Positions 29,006 through 34,548 of a stretch of 34,548 nucleotides of DNA are shown here, piece after piece. The notes under the pieces were generated by a model. It saw nothing but the letters and a program-made list of their open reading frames with translations, did not search any database and was not told the origin of the DNA. The DNA is taken from positions 1-34,548 of the forward strand of contig JAPUJM010000109.1 of the NCBI GenBank assembly GCA_027296205.1. Reading direction: 5' to 3'. Every line of letters starts with the position of its first letter. Positions within the stretch are counted from its first letter, which is position 1. The translations under genes were made by a program, and so were the position numbers. Origin of the DNA: Actinomycetota bacterium. Its GTDB lineage: Bacteria > Actinomycetota > Acidimicrobiia > Spongiisociales > ZC4RG35.

Positions 29006-29905
29006 ATGTGGGACTTGGGGAGAGTCCGTGAATACGCCCGATCCAATCATGGGGTTGTCGACAGAGCGACGGTCCTCGAACTCGGTGCCACGGATGACAT
29101 CATTCAGCGACAGGTCAACGGTGGGCGATGGGAGGAATTGAACCCCGGTGTCTATTACCTGAACGTCACTCCGATCACTTGGCACACCAGAGTCAGGGGC
29201 GCTGTCCTGGCTGCCGGAGTTGAAGCCCTGGCCTCACATCGGACGGCGGGACTGCTCTGGAACCTCGATGGTGTTGGCGGGCGAATCGTCGAGGTGACCG
29301 TTCCATATTCTGACAAGCCGATTCCGAGAGGAGTCGTGCTCCATAGAACGCGTCGCCCGCTTCCGAGCGACGTAGCCGAAGGCATCCCAACAACATCGGC
29401 GGAGCGAACGCTTCTCGACCTCGCTCGGTATCTGCCGGATTTGTTTCTCGAGAAGGCTCTGATGAGTGCCCTCCGCCAACAACTCACGACCGTCGACTCC
29501 GTGGGCCGGCTCCTTGTTGAACACGGTGGTAGCGGTGTTCGAGGGACAAAGAAGCTGCGGCGGGTCCTGGCGCTCGCTGATGACGGTATCACCGGGAGTG
29601 CCGCCGAGGTGGAGGCTGCACAGCTGATTCGGTCCGCCCCGGTATCGGCACCGGTTGCCCAGAGGGCCATTCACCTGCCCGACGGCTCCAATGCCTATCC
29701 GGACTTCTGCTGACCCGGCCGAATGAAGATTGTCGAGATCGACGGGCTCGACGCCCATTCGTCATCGGACCTTCTCCACAACGATCTTTTGCGTCAGAAC
29801 ATGCTGATGGAGCTCGGCTGGCAGATGAGACGCTTCAGCGCTCGACAAGTGAGACGCAATCCACGGTCGGTCCGCGAGGAGATCGTGAGGTTCATCAACG
29901 GTTAG
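29006..29905 (+). pseudogene. AbiEi_4-like HTH / DUF559 (Vsr-like endonuclease fold) protein interrupted by one in-frame TGA
   Basis: ORFs 29006..29713 and 29723..29905 are in the same frame (offset 717). The junction reads ...AYPDFC*PGRMKIVEIDGLDAH...GWQMRRF, matching the DUF559 core (PDFxW...vEvDG..H...D..R...L...GW.v.RF) with TGA (29711-29713) at the W position. N-terminal part: GVVDRATVLELGATDDIIQRQVNGGRWEELNPGVYYL. Confidence 0.75.
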
Positions 29906-29949
29906 CGCCCTGAGTGATGGCTTCTCACGTTTCGAGAAGGCCACCTCGG

Positions 29950-29998
29950 TTTTGTGAAGATTCGCGCGGCCATAACCCGCGTAGATCTTCACAAAACG
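29950..29998. repeat. Right 49-bp inverted repeat (self-complementary hairpin unit)
   Basis: TTTTGTGAAGATTCGCGCGGCCATAACCCGCGTAGATCTTCACAAAACG is the exact reverse complement of 28923-28971. An extra TTGTGAA half-site lies at 30000-30006. Confidence 0.95.
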
Positions 29999-30018
29999 GT
30001 TGTGAACCGATCCGGAGG

Positions 30019-30213
30019 TCAGACGCGGTAGACCTCGACGACCGTCTTGTTGCGGCGGCCTCTCTTCCGACCGACCACGAAGGCTGTGATCACCACAACC
30101 CCGATCACCACGGCGATGAGGATGGCCTTGTCCTGAGTCGAGCGTCTGGTGTCGTCGACGGCGTCGACTAGCTCGAGAGCCTTGGCCTCCAGATCATCCC
30201 GGGAGATCGTCAC
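30019..30213 (-). CDS. Small single-pass membrane protein (64 aa)
   Basis: GTG start preceded by GGAGGA. Acidic N-terminal helix, TM segment ILIAVVIGVVVITAFVV, basic tail. 20-nt overlap with the upstream ORF. Confidence 0.6.
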   Translation of the reverse strand: MTISRDDLEAKALELVDAVDDTRRSTQDKAILIAVVIGVVVITAFVVGRKRGRRNKTVVEVYRV

Positions 30214-30502
30214 TCTGCATCCTCCACACGATTATCCCTGCGGTACCTGCCGCGGCGAGGGCAGTGAGAAAACGGGAAAGAACCACCCACCACTCGCCCA
30301 CAGGAAAGACCATCTTCAGACTGTGATAGACGGCCCAGGCGATTAGGAACGCCCCAATCGACAGGACCATGGCGCCGCCGACACCCTTGGCCGCGACCTT
30401 GCCAAGACGCTTGGCGGGCTCGATCGTCTCTTGCAGGAGGTACTCCCGGGAGATGTCGATCAGCTCTGTTGCGATCTGAGGTATTTCTTGAGGTTCGGCC
30501 AT
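30194..30502 (-). CDS. Two-TM membrane protein with actinobacterial holin-X-like topology
   Basis: 102 aa. Amphipathic N-terminal helix, then the glycine-rich TM1 GVGGAMVLSIGAFLIAWAV and TM2 VVLSRFLTALAAAGTAGIIVW. Family assignment is by resemblance only. Confidence 0.55.
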   Translation of the reverse strand: MAEPQEIPQIATELIDISREYLLQETIEPAKRLGKVAAKGVGGAMVLSIGAFLIAWAVYHSLKMVFPVGEWWVVLSRFLTALAAAGTAGIIVWRMQSDDLPG

Positions 30503-30551
30503 GGGTACCTGAATCTAACAAGCCCTAGACAGAGCGCCACCCGGGGTTATC

Positions 30552-31850
30552 GTGCGAATGGTGAATCCGGTCACTTCAATGCGGTCGCTCGGCCCCCGTT
30601 ACATCGCACTGTGGGTGGGTCAAACCATTAGCCAGGTCGGCACGTACGTCGCCTTCCTGACGATTCCGCTCCTCGTTCTTCATATTCAGGAATTCACCGG
30701 GACGGGGAGCGTCCTGGATTTCTCGATCGCGTACGCGCTGGAGACCGCCCCGACCCTGCTGGTAGGTCTGGTAAGTGGTGTTCTTCTCGATCGATGGCAT
30801 CTGCGGCCGGTGATGGTGGCGACGGACCTATTGCGCGCCTCGGCCTTCTTCTATCTGGCCGCGGAAGTGGGGAACTACGGAACCTCCACGGTGTTTGTGA
30901 TGGCATTCTTGATCGGGTCGATGACGACTCTCTTTGATGGGGCGCTCTATTCCCTGATCCCTTCAATCGTCAAGCGAGAGCGTTTGGCCGACGCCAACGC
31001 GTATGTCGCGGCGAGTCAGCAGGCCAGCTTTGCCCTTGGTCCTCTTCTGGCGGGCGTCATGGCCGTCGTCTTCGCCGGGCCCGCGCTCGGGCTTTTCGTC
31101 AACGGCCTGACCTTCGTGGCCTCGGCGATATCGCTGAAGTGGGTCGGGCGTGTCCCCCATCATCGCCGTCCAGAAGACGAGAGGCAGCCTTTTTTCACCG
31201 AGGCAGTCAACGGGATTCGATACCTCTGGGCCGAACCGAGGCTTCGGGTCACCACCATCGCCTCGGCCGTCCCCAACTTTGTCATGGGTTTCATCGAGGC
31301 GACCTTTGTGGTGCTGGCTTTCGAGGTCCTGATGGCCGAGTCCGAGCTCCAGGTTGGGGTTCTTCTTTTCGCCATGGGCGTGGGTGGGGTCATCGGCGCC
31401 CTCATCGCTCCCCGAATCACCCGCAGGTTGGGTTTGGGAAGGGCTCTGGTGGCCGGGATGGCCATCGCCGGAGTCGGGCTGTTTCTCGTGATGTTCACGA
31501 CCTACGGTCTCCTGACGCTGGCACTCCAGGCGGGATGGATGTTCGGAGTCTCCGTCATCAACATCCCTTTGGCGACTATCCGTCAGCACTACGCCGCGGA
31601 ATCGATGCTGGGCCGTGTGATCACGGCAAGCCGCGCCATCGGTTGGGCGACACTCCCCCTCGGTGCGCTGATTGGCGGCTGGCTTGGCGCCAGCGAGTCG
31701 ACCTACCCATGGGTCGCCCGCTCATTCCCGCTCCTGCTGATTGCCACCGCTCTCTGGCTCTACACCACGGTTGTCTGGACTGACACGTTCGGACCTGGTT
31801 TCGAGCTGGCGAAGGAAGTCGCTTCCGATGAAGCGAAGACCGTCGACTAG
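30552..31850 (+). CDS. MFS transporter (EntS/DUF894-like)
   Basis: 432 aa, about 12 predicted TM helices. N-terminal YIALWVGQTISQVGTYVAFLTIPLLV. The start is ambiguous (30552 GTG, 30558 ATG, 30579 ATG). Confidence 0.8.
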   Translation: MRMVNPVTSMRSLGPRYIALWVGQTISQVGTYVAFLTIPLLVLHIQEFTGTGSVLDFSIAYALETAPTLLVGLVSGVLLDRWHLRPVMVATDLLRASAFFYLAAEVGNYGTSTVFVMAFLIGSMTTLFDGALYSLIPSIVKRERLADANAYVAASQQASFALGPLLAGVMAVVFAGPALGLFVNGLTFVASAISLKWVGRVPHHRRPEDERQPFFTEAVNGIRYLWAEPRLRVTTIASAVPNFVMGFIEATFVVLAFEVLMAESELQVGVLLFAMGVGGVIGALIAPRITRRLGLGRALVAGMAIAGVGLFLVMFTTYGLLTLALQAGWMFGVSVINIPLATIRQHYAAESMLGRVITASRAIGWATLPLGALIGGWLGASESTYPWVARSFPLLLIATALWLYTTVVWTDTFGPGFELAKEVASDEAKTVD

Positions 31851-32052
31851 CCGACCCATAGAAATAACTCGGGTCTGGATCATTCCGGGCGCCGGTGGTC
31901 AGAGAAATTCACATCTGAACCACGGTGTTTCGATGCCGGTCGGCTTCGGAGGCCACACTCGTCCCCGGTTGGGCTATCCTCTCAGACCGCGACTTAGGGT
32001 CGCGCGGGTAGCCGCATGGATTGGCCTCCCGTCCACTGTAGAGGAAGACACT

Positions 32053-32295
32053 GTGAATCTGTTCGTAGGCAACTTGCCTTACACAACATCCGACGACGAT
32101 CTCCGCCAAATGTTCGAGCCTCATGGCTCGGTCGATTCGGCACGTGTGATCACCGATCGCGAGACCGGGAGGTCTCGAGGCTTTGGATTCGTCGAAATGG
32201 CCGATTCGGCCGCAAACGAAGCAATCGAGGCTCTCAACGGGTCCGACATCGGAGGCCGCGAGCTCGTGGTCAACGAGGCACGCCCTCGCCGCTGA
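32053..32295 (+). CDS. RRM-type (RNP-1/RNP-2) RNA-binding protein, 80 aa
   Basis: GTG at 32053 preceded by GAGGAAG. VNLFVGNLPYTTSDDDL (RNP-2) and RGFGFVEM (RNP-1). Occupies the 3' part of the longer track ORF 31741..32295. Confidence 0.85.
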   Translation: MNLFVGNLPYTTSDDDLRQMFEPHGSVDSARVITDRETGRSRGFGFVEMADSAANEAIEALNGSDIGGRELVVNEARPRR

Positions 32296-32312
32296 GTCGG
32301 CTTTAGAAGCAG

Positions 32313-32345
32313 AAAACCGAGTGCCCTGGGTACTCGGTTTTGCTG
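32313..32345 (+). terminator. Rho-independent, potentially bidirectional terminator after the RRM gene
   Basis: AAAACCGAGT-gccctgggt-ACTCGGTTTT, a 10-bp stem whose outer A/T pairs double as A-tract and T-tract, followed by GCTGTCT. Confidence 0.7.
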
Positions 32346-32416
32346 TCTGAAAGAGAACGGAAGGCTATAGAAGCCAAGGGGCGATACCGACTTGCTATCG
32401 CCGGAGCTGTGTGCTC

Positions 32417-33391
32417 ATGAGGGACGGAGCGACCGAGTCATTCGAGGAGTTCAAGGACTCGTTTGCCTATGGCTCGAGAAACGATCTGTCGTTCAAATTC
32501 CTCAAAGGGATCAGTTCCGATGAAGCTGGAGAGTTCTTCAGCAGACTTCTCGAAGAGGTTGGTGAGCTGTTCGACGGCACATCGACCGATCGGCTGATCG
32601 ACCTCGTGTACGAATGGCAGGTGAGGGCCTATCAGCCGGAGGCCACCGCAAAGAGAACTTACGTCTATGAGGACCGCCCGTTCACACCGCTTGCCAAGCC
32701 CCTCACCGAAACGACAGTCGGCCTGGTCACTTCGTCGGGACACTTCGTCTCGGGCGATGATCCGTCACCCCTTGACCGGGATGACATGACTCAGGATTGG
32801 GCCATTGCCCAAATAACTGAGTTTCTGCGAGCCGTGCCCGTTCTGAGTGAGATCCCAAGGGACCTGTCTGCCGCAGAGATCCGGGTACGCCACCCCGGAT
32901 ACGACATCCGGTCGGTGTCTCGTGATTTAGATGTTGCCCTTCCCAGGGCGCCTCTCATTGAAGCCGAGCGCGCCGGTCGCATAGGACGACTTGCTCCGAC
33001 TCTGTTTTCTTTCGTCGGAGCCTGCTCGCAGGGTCGCCTCAACAACGAGCTCGACGACTGGGTGCAACTATGGGAGAGCGAAGGCATCGAGGCGCTCTTC
33101 CTGGTACCCGTCTGACCGGTCTGTCATGTGTCGGTCGGACACATAGCGAGAAAAGCCGAAATGGAGGGTCTTCCAACTGTCACCGTGATTGTCCGGTCCT
33201 TCAGACATGTTGCCGAAGAGATGGGCTTCCCCCGCACAGTGATCACGCGCCACCCGATGGGTCGCCCCCTGGGACCACCAGGAGACAGCTCGACCCACAG
33301 TCGCGTTGTCGGGACGGCTCTCCACCTCCTGGACACGGCGACCGAAGGTGGAGCCATCGTCGAGCTAGAGGACCCCTACCGACCTGGCTGA
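32417..33391 (+). CDS. GrdB/PrdB-family (glycine/sarcosine/betaine/proline reductase component B-like) putative selenoprotein, with TGA 33113-33115 read as Sec
   Basis: ORFs 32411..33115 and 33128..33391 are in frame (offset 717). The fused sequence is ...EALFLVPV-U-PVCHVSVGHIARKAEMEGLPTVTVIVRSFRHVAEEMGFPRTVITRHPMGRPLGPP.... This parallels my recollection of GrdB around its Sec (..LTST-U-GTCTRCGATMVKEIERAGIPVV...IPHPLGNP). Upstream TVGLVTSSGHFVSGDDP and RIGRLAPTLFSFVGA also resemble the family. ATG at 32417 with GGAG 10 nt upstream; GTG at 32411 is an alternative. Confidence 0.7.
33126..33144 (+). promoter_or_regulatory. SECIS-like hairpin downstream of the in-frame UGA
   Basis: ATGTGTC-GGTCG-GACACAT, a perfect 7-bp stem with a G-rich 5-nt apical loop. 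The stem starts 11 nt after the UGA and the loop 18 nt after it. Confidence 0.55.
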
Positions 33392-33460
33392 GCCGTGGTT
33401 GTTCAATCGACGCCTTTTCGTGAGGTTCCTTGTATGGACGATTAAATGGGAAGCACCGCC

Positions 33461-34548
33461 ATGTCGATAGAGACTTGTGGCAGGGCTAGAGCGATGACCG
33501 ACACACCCACGAAAACGTCACCGAAGTTGAACCTGACGGCCCGCGACCGGAGGGTCCTGGATTCTCTTTTCGCGATCGACACGCGAGCTCTTGCCGTCCT
33601 CCGGGTCGGACTCGCCGCAATCATCCTTTACGAAGCGTTCTTTGTCGTGCTTCCACGGCCCAGAACCGGTTCGGGGCTAGGCGGGTTCGCCGTGGATTAC
33701 GCCGGTGTTCTGATCATTCCTTTCGCGGTGATGCTGTTCATCGGTTACCGAACTCGCTTCGCCACCATCCTGTGCTGGCTGCTCTACTCGATCCCGATTC
33801 GGAGCGCGCTTCTGGCGCCCGAAAGTGGCGTTGACCTGGGGAACTTCCTACTTGCCCTCTTTCTCTTTTGGGGCATGTTCCTACCCCTGGGAGCCAACCT
33901 CTCGTCCGACGCCAGACGAGACCGCTCGAGCAAGCCGGTCCGTTTCCTTTCGGTCGGAAGCGCGGCGGTGCTCGTGCAGGTGTTCATCATCTATTTCTCT
34001 TCTGGTGTGACCAAGCACATGGGAGAGTGGGTCTTCGATCGCACGGCGTTGGAGACGGTGTTGGGAATTCCGCGCTTCAGTACCGACCTCGGGCAGGCGC
34101 TAACCCAGTTCCCGGTCGTTCTCGGCTTCTTCTCCGTCACGACCGTTGCATTTGAGATCATTGGCACTGTTCTTCTCTTCGTCCCGGGGAGGACGTTGAA
34201 TTCCCGACGGACGGTCATCGCCACGGCGTTTATCGGATTTCATGCCGGGATAGCCCTACTCATGGGCATCGGAATCTTTCCGTTTGTCATGATGTTCGTG
34301 TGGCTCGTCTTCCTGCCGACACCGGTTTGGGATCGGCTCTTCAAGCGGAGCACTCTGGAATCGACTCCTGTTGGGGCAGTTGTCGACAGAAATCGATCGC
34401 GGAATATCACGGCCACGTTCGCTTTGGGCTTCATAATCGTGTCTAACGCCATGACCTGGCTCTACTTCCCGGTTCAGGAGGGGTTCCCGGCAGCGTGGCA
34501 AACGGTGGGGAGATATCTCCTTCTCTATCAGCAGTGGGCGATGTTCAG
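33461..34548 (+). CDS. HTTM-domain (vitamin K-dependent gamma-carboxylase-like) polytopic membrane protein; 3' end beyond the window
   Basis: Open frame from the TAA at 33443 to the window end, so it is not in the ORF track. Candidate ATGs at 33446, 33461 and 33494. Translation: ...LFAIDTRALAVLRVGLAAIILYEAFF...IYFSSGVTKH...FIGFHAGIALLMGIGIFPFVMMFVWLVFLP...YLLLYQQWAMF. Multi-TM with the Q-x-W-x-MF motif typical of HTTM proteins. Confidence 0.6.
   Translation, partial: MSIETCGRARAMTDTPTKTSPKLNLTARDRRVLDSLFAIDTRALAVLRVGLAAIILYEAFFVVLPRPRTGSGLGGFAVDYAGVLIIPFAVMLFIGYRTRFATILCWLLYSIPIRSALLAPESGVDLGNFLLALFLFWGMFLPLGANLSSDARRDRSSKPVRFLSVGSAAVLVQVFIIYFSSGVTKHMGEWVFDRTALETVLGIPRFSTDLGQALTQFPVVLGFFSVTTVAFEIIGTVLLFVPGRTLNSRRTVIATAFIGFHAGIALLMGIGIFPFVMMFVWLVFLPTPVWDRLFKRSTLESTPVGAVVDRNRSRNITATFALGFIIVSNAMTWLYFPVQEGFPAAWQTVGRYLLLYQQWAMF

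Larger units (their letters stand above)
28923..29998. mobile_element. Putative 1,076-bp cassette bounded by perfect 49-bp inverted repeats, carrying one HTH/DUF559 gene
   Basis: Perfect inverted repeats at both ends with a single gene between them. It lies between the 3' ends of two convergent genes, at the edge of the conserved block. Mobility is inferred, not shown. Confidence 0.4.

Noticed and set aside
28917-29141. Track ORFs 28917..29141 (+) and 29762..29992 (-) share the peptide KIYAGYGRANLHK, which looks like a duplicated small gene.
   Set aside because: The shared peptide is simply both copies of the 49-bp inverted repeat being translated. The rest of each ORF overlaps the DUF559 gene out of frame or antisense, so neither is likely to be coding.
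29711-29752. The TGA in the DUF559 gene could also be selenocysteine. A 6-bp hairpin GTCGAG-atcgacggg-CTCGAC lies 18 nt downstream (29732-29752).
   Set aside because: As I recall, many actinobacterial homologues have Trp at this position, one transition away from TGA, and there is no redox motif context. A 6-bp stem in GC-rich coding DNA is expected by chance, so a nonsense mutation is more parsimonious.

Overview
GC-rich, gene-dense bacterial chromosome. Gene content and order point to Actinomycetota, but I cannot place it more finely without a search.

Positions 1-28494 form one unbroken minus-strand array of about 33 genes. Many junctions are 1- or 4-nt start/stop overlaps. The array joins two housekeeping blocks that are also syntenic in mycobacteria:
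- A chromosome-maintenance and nucleotide block: scpB, scpA, an HD hydrolase, a DksA/TraR zinc finger, xerD, ald, pyrG, recN, nadK, a small ORF, a HAD-IIA phosphatase, an M20 peptidase, Nudix, GNAT, a GT2 polyprenol-phosphate mannosyltransferase, a YciI/ECF-sigma pair, DUF4193 and a DAG-kinase-like lipid kinase.
- A complete, contiguous Pup-proteasome and Tat block: trmI, mpa, dop, pup, prcB, prcA, pafA, pafB, pafC, a zinc-ribbon ORF, tatA, tatC and helY.

Gene orientation becomes mixed at about 28.5 kb, and the remaining 6 kb looks accessory. The two most unusual objects are there:
1. A 1,076-bp cassette (28923-29998) bounded by perfect 49-bp inverted, hairpin-forming repeats. Its only gene is an AbiEi-like-HTH/DUF559 nuclease-fold gene, broken by one in-frame TGA at a position where I recall many actinobacterial homologues having Trp.
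2. A GrdB/PrdB-family reductase-like gene (32417-33391) that is continuous only if an in-frame TGA (33113-33115) is read as selenocysteine. That reading gives a U-x-x-C motif, and a SECIS-like hairpin starts 11 nt downstream. The gene is followed on the same strand by an HTTM (vitamin-K-carboxylase-like) membrane protein.

The accessory stretch also holds a small RRM-type RNA-binding protein, an MFS transporter and a pair of small membrane proteins. I saw no rRNA, tRNA or CRISPR array. All functional calls come from reading the translations by eye; no database search was run.
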